The position numbers and the translations under genes are program-made. DNA of 63,959 nucleotides, filler included, from Octopus bimaculoides (Eukaryota), in NCBI RefSeq assembly GCF_001194135.2. It is 7 parts of 7 records of this genome, joined end to end, with 100 filler letters (N's around TTAATTAATTAA, not from the genome) between each part and the next. Parts side by side here need not be neighbours in the genome. Positions count along the whole stretch, not along the records: positions 24,061 to 38,186 come from NW_026405186.1; 6 more parts are not named here. The stretch is one strand, 5' to 3'. Shown piece after piece: positions 24,609-37,840 of this stretch. The notes below the pieces were generated by a model. It saw nothing but the letters and a program-made list of their open reading frames with translations. It was not told where the DNA came from and did not search any database. Numbering within the stretch: position 1 is the stretch's first letter; the number at the start of each line of letters is the position of its first letter.

Positions 24609-25788
24609 TACATGCACGCACACACGCAATCATTGCCTTTCATTTGTGTGTACGTGTATCTGTTTGTGCACAAATGTATCATTGTCGAAGTCTCTCACGC
24701 AACTTGTTTGTGTATATATTGGCTTAGTGGTACAGAGTGTTTGGAAACTTTGAATAGGGTGCAAGTTTCGAGTACTTGTCGGTAACATTTTTTTCTCTTC
24801 CTTTTCTAATAGTAATTACCCAACTTTCTAGGCTCTTCTCACAGCTATCCCGTGTTCAAGAGTTATACGTGTATTTTAAAAATTGTCATTCAATAAATAA
24901 TAAATTACGTATACATTAAGAGAGTAATAAATAATAAATTACGTATACGTTAATGGAATAAACTGTCGGTTTTCCAAATAGTGAATTAAAACTTAAAAGA
25001 GAAAGTGAGAGACTTTGCAAATAAGAATGGAATACAATGGGAATGCAATGAATATTTAAATTTGTGAATTGGACGTAGTGAATACAATGAATATTTAAAT
25101 TTGCGAGAAATGAAAATTTAAAAAAATTCAAGAAATTTGAGAAATCGAAATTAAAGGAAATTTCTTAGAACATAAATTTATAAAAATATTTCCAGACAGT
25201 CAACCATTTAATAATTGCTTTCTTTTAGTACTTTTAGTAATTGTGACATACCTAATTAATAAGCAGCTTTCTCCATTATGGCATAGATTCATTAATGTTT
25301 GATAACTATGCTTAATAACAAAATATATGTTATGTATTTCTGTGTACCTGTGTGTGTGCGTGTGCACGTGCGTGTATGTGTATTTTCTTCAGAAAATATT
25401 ACAAGTCGATTGTTTTTATTTTTCTACCTTGTATTTCAATATTTTGTTGTCAGGATTTTTTTTTCAGGAAATCTGTGGAGAAATATATTGTGAAATGACT
25501 TTTCTGTTCTGTACTATGTGCATGTGGAGGATTGCTTTGAGCAGGATAGTGTTTCTACAGGATAGAGCTGCATGTAGCTCTGTTCTGCTGTTAATGCGTG
25601 GGTTGATTTTTCTAGTTATAATGGGTTCATTTATCCCCAGGTTCACGTTTCTTTCAGTAGCTTAAATGGAACCGGGTTGTCTTGCGTGTGGATTTTCCAC
25701 AGGTGGTTTCAGACAGGAGAAATATTAGCGTAGAGGTATTATTTAAATCATATGCATAATATATATATACACATGTACACAGTGTACT

Positions 25789-25819
<31 letters not shown>

Positions 25820-26454
25820 GTGCACAGTCAGTGAAGTTGAATGGATCAACTTAAGGCTTTTGAACGAGTAAACACGCGAATAAAAATAACGTTTCTAAAA
25901 ATGTTGGCTGTAGCTCCTCTGTATTCTCTAGTAGCTGTACACATAATTACTTGACACCTGCAAGGCAGTTTGCGTTCAAGGAGCAATTGTAGGTATTTTT
26001 ACAATTACAGGTTTCAATACCGGGGCTCCTGTGGTAGTAATATTAGATATATTGCTGTTTGATATCTGATCAGAGTCCGGTTGGCTGTTTGCTATGGGTG
26101 ATGCTAAAGATTTAATACTTTTTAGTTTTTGATTGCCGAAGATAAGTCCAAAAGAGAACAATTCAAACTTTTTAAGAGGTCCAAAAAAAAAAAAAAAAGA
26201 GAGAAAAGAATGATTACTAATAAAGATTCATCATATTCATAGAAAAAAAAAAGGAGCAAGTAATAACAAAGTGAAAATAATAGTTGAAAAATATCGTCTA
26301 TAGCCTAGACAGGAACGAACAAAAACTCTACACCTACTATTTTTCCTTTCCTTATACTTTATTTACTGTTTTTGCAAATACTGAATGTGTATTTTCATAT
26401 ATATTCTTCACTTGGATTGTACCGGCGGACTTGGATGTTTGATCTCACCTCTTT

Positions 26455-26504
<50 letters not shown>

Positions 26505-26709
26505 TCACATAAGTTATTATCTTTAAAAAAATAATGATAAAGTGGCCAGCAAACATAACCAAATAGGCAAACTATATATTAAAAGTCAGTGTACAATATG
26601 CACCTGTTTGCTAGAAAAAAGAGTTAAAACTTTCCAAAGCCACAGTATATGTAAATACGCACGGAAAATATAGCAAATATATAAAATGGTAAATATATAT
26701 TTTAAATAG

Positions 26710-27319
26710 TTTACGTAGTAAGCCTTGCTGATGAGCTTTAAATGTCATTTCGGCACAGAAAACGAAATCAATTGACACTGGGATATTTACTCTCCTATTT
26801 CGTCGCAGGTGACGATGCAATAAAAAAAAATCTGTTTTATTCACGAGTAGCTTGATGTCGAGTGAGCAAACTGATGGCGACAGAGGAGCACTGAAGTTTG
26901 ACACTTACATTCAGAGCGTGCGGCACGAGTGCTCCGAGATTTGGGGCTTTAGGTATCGAGTGAGAGTATCCCATCTTAGTTGTCTTGAGCGTATTCTGTT
27001 GGGTCAATTCCTTAGAGGATTATCGCGGAAATTCCTCAATGACCTGGTTCAAAAAATTAGAGTGCTCAGAGCGAGCCCCGCCGGCTTGCATACGAAAAGG
27101 ATGGAATGATGTTCATTTAACTGAACATTTTTGCAGAATCTTTTCTCTTTAAAGCGTGAAAACCATTTCTGCGTAGTTTGTTTTTCAGGAATAGCGCTTT
27201 CTATGTAGACAGCACGACAGTCCCGATTGGTTTTGGCACTTTTGGAAACTGGATTGAAAATGAAGGGAAGCACGTAGAGAAAATGCACTCTCCGTTTACT
27301 AGTAGGTCTGGAAAAGCAT
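26710..27319 (-). pseudogene. Decayed mariner transposase, N-terminal half
   Basis: Minus-strand translation across frameshifts: VHFLYVLPFIFN..RDCRAVY..TTQKWFSRFK (HTH region), LGALVPHAL (WVPHxL linker, 26912-26929), IVTCDE (first catalytic Asp, 26799-26816). Stops and frameshifts present; upstream lies in an N gap. Confidence 0.85.
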
Positions 27320-29171
27320 ANNNNNNNNNNNNNNNNNNNNNNNNNNNNNNNNNNNNNNNNNNNNNNNNNNNNNNNNNNNNNNNNNNNNNNNNNNNNNNNN
27401 NNNNNNNNNNNNNNNNNNNNNNNNNNNNNNNNNNNNNNNNNNNNNNNNNNNNNNNNNNNNNNNNNNNNNNNNNNNNNNNNNNNNNNNNNNNNNNNNNNNN
27501 NNNNNNNNNNNNNNNNNNNNNNNNNNNNNNNNNNNNNNNNNNNNNNNNNNNNNNNNNNNNNNNNNNNNNNNNNNNNNNNNNNNNNNNNNNNNNNNNNNNN
27601 NNNNNNNNNNNNNNNNNNNNNNNNNNNNNNNNNNNNNNNNNNNNNNNNNNNNNNNNNNNNNNNNNNNNNNNNNNNNNNNNNNNNNNNNNNNNNNNNNNNN
27701 NNNNNNNNNNNNNNNNNNNNNNNNNNNNNNNNNNNNNNNNNNNNNNNNNNNNNNNNNNNNNNNNNNNNNNNNNNNNNNNNNNNNNNNNNNNNNNNNNNNN
27801 NNNNNNNNNNNNNNNNNNNNNNNNNNNNNNNNNNNNNNNNNNNNNNNNNNNNNNNNNNNNNNNNNNNNNNNNNNNNNNNNNNNNNNNNNNNNNNNNNNNN
27901 NNNNNNNNNNNNNNNNNNNNNNNNNNNNNNNNNNNNNNNNNNNNNNNNNNNNNNNNNNNNNNNNNNNNNNNNNNNNNNNNNNNNNNNNNNNNNNNNNNNN
28001 NNNNNNNNNNNNNNNNNNNNNNNNNNNNNNNNNNNNNNNNNNNNNNNNNNNNNNNNNNNNNNNNNNNNNNNNNNNNNNNNNNNNNNNNNNNNNNNNNNNN
28101 NNNNNNNNNNNNNNNNNNNNNNNNNNNNNNNNNNNNNNNNNNNNNNNNNNNNNNNNNNNNNNNNNNNNNNNNNNNNNNNNNNNNNNNNNNNNNNNNNNNN
28201 NNNNNNNNNNNNNNNNNNNGACATTTGTGACGGTTTTCACGCATGGTTTTGTAACCTTGGTTACAGTTTTGTTTTTGTTGTTGGTGTTGGTGGTGGTGGT
28301 AAGTTGACATGCTAAACGAAGTGAAAGGCAAGAGACAACCATGATTTATAAGAACCGATTTATGTTTGTTCTCCTTTTTTATTGTTAATAATTCCGGGTG
28401 TTAGAATTGTGGTCGAAGTCTACAAAGATGGAAAGTGTAAAAAAATTTGAGAAAATTTTTAAAATAAAGACAACAAAACAAAAATAAATGCAATACTAAT
28501 AATTCTAAATTATAAGGAGAATCTATTTGAGTGAAGCCATTTTCGTTTAAAAGACAACAACACTGCAAAGAAATACTCTCCTCCACTTTCGGAATAAGAG
28601 GATTTAAAATTTAGATCTGCAAACAATCTCACATAAAAGTTAGAATGAAAACGAAGAAGGAATACAAAGAGGAAAAAAAAAATGATATAAAAAAAAATTA
28701 CTAAGAATTTACGAAAATAAAGAAATGTATACAATACAGAGTTTCAGAACATCTTTATAGATGAGGACTTATGGAGGAGGATGGCTGCAGTTAGGAATAC
28801 ATTAATAGAGAAGAAAGGAAAGAAACGTGAAGAAACTCGATCACAGATCTAAGATTTGACAAGAAGCAAAAAAAGAAAAGAAGAAAAAGGACAAAAATGG
28901 TTTGAATGTGATCTTTGTAAGCCCTTGTCAACAAGGGTCAGTTCATAATGAGTAGCATCTTGTGTAGAATCCGCTGACGGTTTTGATAATATTTAAATTT
29001 GACATTAACATTGTTCACAAGTCTTGGAGTGTGAGAACAGCTAAATTGGTGCACAAATCGGACACAATTTTGTCCGATCCAGGCGGACGTAAGATGGAAG
29101 ACAAAGTTGGTCACAGCGGGATTATAGTAATATTAATTATAACAATAGCAATAATAATAATAATAATAATG

Positions 29172-29307
29172 TTTTCAAATTTTGGAACAAGACCAGGAAT
29201 TACAGGTTCTGGTTTAAGTCGATTACGTTGACGCCAGCCTTCCACTGGTATTTATTTTATTGAACTCGGGAGGACGAAAGGCAAAGTCAACCTCGGCGGG
29301 ATTTGAA
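29172..29307 (-). mobile_element. SINE-A 3' two-thirds
   Basis: gaaaggcaaagtcaacctcggcgggatttgaa after (AAT)n. Confidence 0.7.
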
Positions 29308-29332
29308 GGAAAGTAGTATATTCCAGTTTATC

Positions 29333-29725
29333 GTTGTTGTTGTAGTTGGCACTCCGTCGCTTACGACGTCGAGGGTTCCAGTTGATCCGATCAACGGTAC
29401 AGCCTGCTCGTGAAATTACCGTGCAAGTGGCTGAGTACTCCACAGACATGTGTACCCTTAACGTAGTTCTCCGGCATATTCAGCGTGACAGTGTGTGACA
29501 AGGCTGACCCTTTGAATTACAGGTACAACAGAAACAGGAAGTAAGAGTGAGAGAAAGTTGTGGTGAAAGAGTACAGCAGGGTTCACCACCATCCCCTGCC
29601 GGATCCTCGTGGAGCTTTAGGTGTTTTCGCTCAATAAACACTCACAACGCGCGGTCTGGGAATCAAAACCGCAATCTTATGACCACGAGTCCGCTGCCCT
29701 AACCACTGGGCCATTGCGCCTCCAC
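29333..29725 (-). mobile_element. SINE-C full copy, (CAA)n-ended
   Basis: Reverse complement of the head GTGGAGGCGCAATGGCCCAGTGGTTAGGGC through the tail GACGGAGTGCCAAC. Confidence 0.9.
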
Positions 29726-30244
29726 TCCAGTTTATCAAAATTAGGCATGCGTTATGTAGTTTCTTGATCGAGTAAATAATAGAGTTATCGGTAAGGTCAA
29801 TTAGCAGTTTCAAATGAAAATATTCGATGATAATTCATGCCATGCAGTAGTCGAAATTACCACTTCCAGAATATCGTCTGAGGATATTCTTTCAATTTAA
29901 TATCTCTGACGTCTCCCTATTTGATGACAATATACTCAGCTTATAAAATCCTTACTCAAATTCACGATCCGCACACCAGACTATTCTAGAAACTCTATAT
30001 GTAAGAGACTATATGTTTTGCTTTTCATTTCTACTTTAATCTATATCTACCCACTCAATGAGAAACCACTTCTAGCTGCTTCTGGTAGACAGTCTCAATA
30101 TCACACTTTCAGCGGCAATTCAGCCCGGAATATTGGTGATAAACTAAATTGAGTACTCATACTACACACCTGTTTATATTACGACAGTTGACGAAAACTC
30201 CTTATGTGTATATTTGTGTCTGTCTGTCTGTCTGTCTGTCTGCG

Positions 30245-30410
30245 TGTGTGGTAAGAAGCTTGCTTACCAACTACATGATACCGAGTTCGGTCCCACTGTG
30301 TGACACCTTGGGAAAGTGATTTCTACTATAGCTTCGGGCCGACCAAAACCTTGTGAGTGAATTTCGTAGATGGAAACTGAAAGAAACCCGTCGTATATAT
30401 ATATGTATAG
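30245..30410 (+). mobile_element. SINE-B head
   Basis: gtgtggtaagaagcttgcttaccaactacatg..ggaaactgaaagaaacccgtcgtatat. Confidence 0.8.
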
Positions 30411-30786
30411 GGCCGATACAACTTTGCATCGGTGTTGGTGCAATTGTTACTGTCGAAACACAGGGAACTAAAACTCACTGCACAAAGAATCTCACTAAAC
30501 CCTCAAAAACTTCCACTATTGAACCACCCGGGATTTATAATGTTTTATCAACTCCGAAAGAATAAAAGTAAATTTGATCTTGCTGAGATCTAAATTCAGA
30601 GGAAATACCAAGAGACATTCTATCTTCTTAACCATTCCGCTAACCCACCGTCTTTCTTGGAATAATATAGATAACAAGATACGTTTATACAGTGTACATA
30701 CATATTCCATATCGATAGTATATACACAGTGCATGTGTATAATTCATGGACACAATCCGGCCCACATACAATCCACTTAGTGGCCA

Positions 30787-30823
<37 letters not shown>

Positions 30824-30999
30824 TATCAACAGCATATACTTAACGTCTATACTTCGTGTATCTGTAGGGAGGCTGCGATTTTAGCGCAGTGGAGAATACT
30901 CTCTCAATGTCATGGACAGGCGAGATAATTCACCTCTAACATCACTTAGTGGTGATGTACATCGATAAATAAAGCGCTGCTTCTATTTCATATGTGAAG

Positions 31000-31033
<34 letters not shown>

Positions 31034-31073
31034 TATTAATATATGATAGATAGATAGATAGATATACAGGTAT

Positions 31074-31291
31074 ACTCTTTTACTTGTTTCAGTCATTTGA
31101 CTGCGGCCATGCTGGAGCACCGCCTTTAGTCGAGCAAATCGACCCCAGGACTTATTCTTTGGAAGCCTAGTACTTATTCTATCGGTCTCTTTTGCCGAAC
31201 CGCTAAGTTACGGGGACGTAAACACACCAGCATCGGCTGTCAAGCGATGGTGGGGGACAAACACAGACACACAAACACACACACACACATA
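31074..31291 (-). mobile_element. SINE-B tail half, young-looking, broken by an N gap at its internal microsatellite
   Basis: Close match to the SINE-B tail; ends in a CA repeat then N. Confidence 0.9.
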
Positions 31292-32429
31292 NNNNNNNNN
31301 NNNNNNNNNNNNNNNNNNNNNNNNNNNNNNNNNNNNNNNNNNNNNNNNNNNNNNNNNNNNNNNNNNNNNNNNNNNNNNNNNNNNNNNNNNNNNNNNNNNN
31401 NNNNNNNNNNNNNNNNNNNNNNNNNNNNNNNNNNNNNNNNNNNNNNNNNNNNNNNNNNNNNNNNNNNNNNNNNNNNNNNNNNNNNNNNNNNNNNNNNNNN
31501 NNNNNNNNNNNNNNNNNNNNNNNNNNNNNNNNNNNNNNNNNNNNNNNNNNNNNNNNNNNNNNNNNNNNNNNNNNNNNNNNNNNNNNNNNNNNNNNNNNNN
31601 NNNNNNNNNNNNNNNNNNNNNNNNNNNNNNNNNNNNNNNNNNNNNNNNNNNNNNNNNNNNNNNNNNNNNNNNNNNNNNNNNNNNNNNNNNNNNNNNNNNN
31701 NNNNNNNNNNNNNNNNNNNNNNNNNNNNNNNNNNNNNNNNNNNNNNNNNNNNNNNNNNNNNNNNNNNNNNNNNNNNNNNNNNNNNNNNNNNNNNNNNNNN
31801 NNNNNNNNNNNNNNNNNNNNNNNNNNNNNNNNNNNNNNNNNNNNNNNNNNNNNNNNNNNNNNNNNNNNNNNNNNNNNNNNNNNNNNNNNNNNNNNNNNNN
31901 NNNNNNNNNNNNNNNNNNNNNNNNNNNNNNNNNNNNNNNNNNNNNNNNNNNNNNNNNNNNNNNNNNNNNNNNNNNNNNNNNNNNNNNNNNNNNNNNNNNN
32001 NNNNNNNNNNNNNNNNNNNNNNNNNNNNNNNNNNNNNNNNNNNNNNNNNNNNNNNNNNNNNNNNNNNNNNNNNNNNNNNNNNNNNNNNNNNNNNNNNNNN
32101 NNNNNNNNNNNNNNNNNNNNNNNNNNNNNNNNNTGTGTGTGTGTGTGTGTGTGTGAGTGTGTGGGACGGGGTGTATTCGAATGATTGGAATAAAGGCCCA
32201 GAATGTTTAGGGGCAGGATATATGCCCACCTTCTACAAACTATACTTCCGGCCGAGAATCACTCAGACAGAAAAATACTGCGGCCCGCCTACTGTGCCTC
32301 TTTATTTTCTCCTTATATAGCAACGTAGGAGTGTTGAAATATATATATATATATATATATATGTTCATATATATATTTATATATATATATATATATATAC
32401 ATCTATATATGTGTACGTATGTATGTATG

Positions 32430-32464
<35 letters not shown>

Positions 32465-32695
32465 GTATCTATGTATATATATGTATAAATGCATACGTGG
32501 ATGTATGCTTTTGTGGCCGTTTGTATGTCTCTATTTAAGTGTATCGTTGTATGCTTGTATAAATTCTGTTACTTTTAATGAAATATGTTTATTATATACA
32601 TTAGGAAAATAAACTTATATGCATGTACATATATATGCGTGTGCATGTATTTGTGTGTATATGAGCGTTTGTGTATGCGTATCTGTGTGGTGTGA

Positions 32696-32731
<36 letters not shown>

Positions 32732-32826
32732 TTTTAGTAATTGAGAATTATTTTTATACCTGAACATTGTTTTTTTGGGGGGAGCCACATGCAGACCCAT
32801 GTGATTAATTGCACATGCACAGGTGA

Positions 32827-32952
<126 letters not shown>

Positions 32953-33218
32953 ACCCATGCTGGAATGAATGTCCAGGGATTCGCACTCTTTAAAACACAC
33001 AGACACAGATACACACTTTTATTTAGAAAGTGTGATTAATCGATAGACAGATGTTCCTATAGCAACTTAAATCTCTCTCTCTCTTTCTCTATCTCTATCT
33101 CTATCTCTCTCTTTTTCTCTTCATCCATATTTAGATATCCGGAGTATGTAACTTGGAAATCGATTTTACATAGATACATACAAACATGCATACATTACAT
33201 GCGCACAGATGCATACGC

Positions 33219-33290
<72 letters not shown>

Positions 33291-33486
33291 ATGTACATAT
33301 GAGACATATATAGGCTTGCTGAAAACCTTGAATATGCATCCACGCGCATATCCACCAACGCACGTCTAGGCAAACACATGCGGGAGCACACAAGTACACA
33401 CACACATAGATACATATACATACATACACACACACATATTTGCATTTTTATGTGTATATATATGTGTGTGTGTGTGTGTGTGTTTG

Positions 33487-33526
<40 letters not shown>

Positions 33527-33564
33527 GATGTACATGTGCGTGTAAATATATATATATTATGTTT

Positions 33565-33985
33565 TATCTTTACTGGTTTCAGTCATTAGACTGCGGCCAT
33601 GCTGAGCATTGTATTATAGTCGAATGAATCGACCCCAGTACTTATGCTTTTCGGTCTGGTACTTATTCAATCAGTGTCTTCGCCGAGCCACTAAGTTAAG
33701 GAGACGTAAACGCACCAACAACGGTTGTCATGTGGTGCGCACACACGCACACGCGCACGCACGCACGCACGCACGCACGCACACAAACACACACACACAA
33801 ACACACACACACACAAACACACACATAGATATAAATACGACAGGATTCTTTTAGTTTCCGTCTTCCAAATTACAAGGCTTTGGTCTGCTCCAGGCTATAG
33901 CAAAAGATACGTTCCCTATTTGCCAGCCAGTGGGACTGAACCCAGACACAGGTCGGTTACGAAGGGAATTTCTAACCACAAATCT
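33565..33985 (-). mobile_element. SINE-B diverged copy with internal (CACG)/(CA)n
   Basis: Tail at 33565-33730, head at 33840-33985. Confidence 0.75.
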
Positions 33986-34094
33986 AGTCTGCGCCTACGT
34001 ACGTATGCATGTAATGTATGTTTATGTATGTACTTGCAGATGCTTGCAAGTATATAATCATGAATGCATAATCTAGGCAATCATGAAGGAGGAA

Positions 34095-34470
34095 ATCAGT
34101 TATATAGACCCCACTACTTAACTGGTGCTTGTTTTATCGACCCCGAAATGATGAAAGGCAAAGTCAACATGGGCGGAATTTGAACTCAGAGCGTAAACAC
34201 CCAGAAGAATTCTACTATGCATCTTGCCCTGCGTTCTAACGGTTCTGCCATCTCAACACCTCAAACTTATTTCTTATATTGGTTTCACATTTTGGCAGAA
34301 GGTATGCAATTTCGAGGAAGGAATAAATCGACTACATCGGCCCCCAGTGCTCAACTGGTACTTACTTATTTTATTGACTCTGGAAGAATGAAAGGCAAAG
34401 TTGACCTCTACGGAATTTGAACTCAGAACGTACAGATGGCTGAAATGCCACTAAGCATTTGCACGACGTG
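34095..34470 (-). mobile_element. Two tandem SINE-A copies
   Basis: atgaaaggcaaagtcaacatgggcggaatttgaactcagagcg and gaaaggcaaagttgacctctacggaatttgaactcagaacg. Confidence 0.75.
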
Positions 34471-34753
34471 GCCTGCTTCACAATTCTTTCAGCTCGCTGT
34501 TTTACACCTAGTTCTCATTGTCCCTAAATTTGAAATTAATATTATAATGATAATATAAAATATATGCATACATTAAGAACCCATCATTAAGAACTCTTCT
34601 TCCATTTTCTCTCTCTGGTGTTATCCTTAGGGTTAAGTGCATTATTATTGAACGTCACCCTGATAAAATACCCCTGCGTATTAAGTAATGTATGTATATA
34701 CATAATTATATTACGGATTTATTACAGTCATATTAATATTAATGTTCATGTGT

Positions 34754-34932
34754 AAGACGGCGAGCTGGCAGAATCTTTAGTGCACCAAGAAAAATGCCTA
34801 CGGACATTTCATCGTTCTTTGCGCTCAGAGTTCAAATGCCGCAAGGGTCGACTTTGCCCTTCATAGTTTCTGCGGGGGTCGATGAAACAAGTACCAGTTG
34901 AAATTGCTGGCTTTGTGCCCAAATTTGAAATC
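34754..34932 (+). mobile_element. SINE-A copy
   Basis: aagacggcgagctggcagaatc..cagagttcaaatgccgcaagggtcgactttgccc. Confidence 0.8.
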
Positions 34933-35265
34933 AGTATCTATGTTCATGTACTGTATTTCCCACGTTGAACTGAAACACTAACGTCCACAGAATGAAAAAT
35001 ATCATAATTCTCAATTTTTTGTTTATATATATTTATACAATACTTCTCGAGTTTTGGGTGATAGCAGCCCTTCTGAGCATATGTATATACATTTATGTGC
35101 TTTTCCTACAGCATTAGAGCAGGTTAGCTCTTATTTCTAGCAATGTAAGTGTCTTGACAGCCTTAGTTGCGATTATATTTTTCCCTTTTGGTATGACATT
35201 GCGCATAGCTGTTTATATTAATTTTTGCATGTGTATATATATATATACATATATACATATATATA

Positions 35266-35335
<70 letters not shown>

Positions 35336-35792
35336 CCATAAAAATTCAAGAAGTTATGAGAGTTGAATATATCTATTTGACCACTTGAGATCCTGAGGGT
35401 CACGGCCATTTCGCAACCTTCTTCATATAGTAATAATTTCACTGTCGAAGAAATTATGGCTACATGTTTGCATTAATATGAATGTCCGGCATTATACAAC
35501 ACGATACATTTTTTGTGATAGCTGCACGATTCTCTTAATACATAGCCTATGATACATACATACATACATACATACATACATACATACAAGCATGCATACA
35601 AGCATGCATACATACATACTGAGAATCCAAATCCTTAATTCATATGATCACAATATCTGCAAGACATGCTGAAGATTATAAGATGATGGTTAAATGAAGA
35701 CACTTTCATTCAAAACCACGCTATCGAGTAGGGGACCAGTCAAAATGTAGAATTAAAAAAGATAAAGAAATCATCATGCAAGCATACATATA

Positions 35793-36009
35793 CGAGGGGG
35801 TACGGAAAAGTTCTTGGCTGTAAGGGCATCGCAGATGGGCTTTTTAGAGGCCCAAAGTTCCGAGTTCTTTTACAGGGATTAGAAAAACTGATGGACTGCT
35901 GGAATAAGTGTGTGAATCTGAGAGGGGAATATGTTGAATAAAATCATAATTAACCGATCCTCCTGTTTTTTCTAAAACCCAAAGCCAAGAACTTTTCGGC
36001 ACCCCCTCG
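35793..36009 (+). mobile_element. Mariner-derived deletion derivative (MITE-like), 217 bp, 27-bp TIRs
   Basis: Left TIR CGAGGGGGTACGGAAAAGTTCTTGGCT (35793-35819) vs right TIR (35983-36009), 25/27 match; TA on the left and TG-TA on the right; interior encodes a mariner C-terminus QGLEKLMDCWNKCVNLRGEYVE* (35873-35941). Confidence 0.88.
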
Positions 36010-36068
36010 TGTATATACATGCATGCACACACATACAGATCTCTCTCTCTCTACATATATACACATAC

Positions 36069-36104
<36 letters not shown>

Positions 36105-36111
<7 letters not shown>

Positions 36112-36150
36112 CACATACATGTACGTATACATATCTATATATACATATAT

Positions 36151-36181
<31 letters not shown>

Positions 36182-36363
36182 CACATACATGTACGTATAC
36201 ATATCTATATGTACATATATACACACACACACACACACATATATACACATACATGTACGTATACATATCTATATATACATATATACACACACACACACAT
36301 ATATACACATACATGTACGTATACATATCTATATATACATATATACACACACACACACATATA
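36105..36363. repeat. About 60-bp minisatellite, about 4 units, then a gap
   Basis: 36241-36300 is identical to 36301-36360; core acacatacatgtacgtatacatatctatat. Confidence 0.85.
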
Positions 36364-36904
36364 NNNNNNNNNNNNNNNNNNNNNNNNNNNNNNNNNNNNN
36401 NNNNNNNNNNNNNNNNNNNNNNNNNNNNNNNNNNNNNNNNNNNNNNNNNNNNNNNNNNNNNNNNNNNNNNNNNNNNNNNNNNNNNNNNNNNNNNNNNNNN
36501 NNNNNNNNNNNNNNNNNNNNNNNNNNNNNNNNNNNNNNNNNNNNNNNNNNNNNNNNNNNNNNNNNNNNNNNNNNNNNNNNNNNNNNNNNNNNNNNNNNNN
36601 NNNNNNNNNNNNNNNNNNNNNNNNNNNNNNNNNNNNNNNNNNNNNNNNNNNNNNNNNNNNNNNNNNNNNNNNNNNNNNNNNNNNNNNNNNNNNNNNNNNN
36701 NNNNNNNNNNNNNNNNNNNNNNNNNNNNNNNNNNNNNNNNNNNNNNNNNNNNNNNNNNNNNNNNNNNNNNNNNNNNNNNNNNNNNNNNNNNNNNNNNNNN
36801 NNNNNNNNNNNNNNNNNNNNNNNNNNNNNNNNNNNNNNNNNNNNNNNNNNNNNNNNNNNNNNNNNNNNNNNNNNNNNNNNNNNNNNNNNNNNNNNNNNNN
36901 NNNN

Positions 36905-36939
<35 letters not shown>

Positions 36940-37794
36940 CAAAGACACTTCAACACATGTGCTTAGATATATATTTTAAAATTTTAACCGAAGAACTCAA
37001 ATCTTGCGCCGATTCGCAGTGAAAACCTGACATATTTTTGAAAACACACACGCACACACAAGCACAAATACACACACATACATAAATGAATAAAATGCAC
37101 ATTTACTCACTTACTTATGTACACATGTGTATATATGTAGTAGGAGAATTTGACACATATATACGCCTTCGTAAGCAAGTGTTTACACGCCCATTGCCAT
37201 ATAACGACACATTTCCACACACTCACACACACAGACACACACACAGACATACACATACACAGACACACACGCACAAGCATATATATATATAAATACACAC
37301 ACACATGCAGAACACACATATATATATATATACACACATTCACGCAACACTGTAACTACAGACGCACATAACTATAGCCACTCACCGTCACACACTCGCA
37401 CACATACATACACACAATACAACACATACGCACAAACGCAAACACACATACACAAACACGCACGCACCCATGTAATACCACTCGGTCACATATACACATA
37501 CACTCACACACACACACACACACACGCACACAAAAGCCGCCAGTCTCTTTCGCAGTTGAACGCTTACAAGAAGAGATCAGGTCGGAAAAGTCAGCGTATG
37601 TGGAGAGTATTCTTGTAATCAATAAAACCATTAAGTTAATTCCATTCTCTTCTGGGAGATCTTTGCATTCTTATTCCCCACCACCGCACTCTTCCATTCT
37701 CTTAGAATCGTAACAATCTCTCTATATTCCCCTCTCTCCATGTTTCCGTCAGTCACTTTCTAACGCCCTCTCTTCATCTCTTTCTTTCTCCCTT

Positions 37795-37840
<46 letters not shown>

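Noticed and set aside
28220-28400. Possible 5' UTR and TIR of the 27-kb mariner beyond the gap, with a TGTAACC-TT-GGTTACA palindrome
   Set aside because: No TIR partner is identifiable and a 900-nt gap intervenes.
29870-30000. Apparent exon with a cttccag acceptor and a gtaaga donor
   Set aside because: Stop codons in all three frames.
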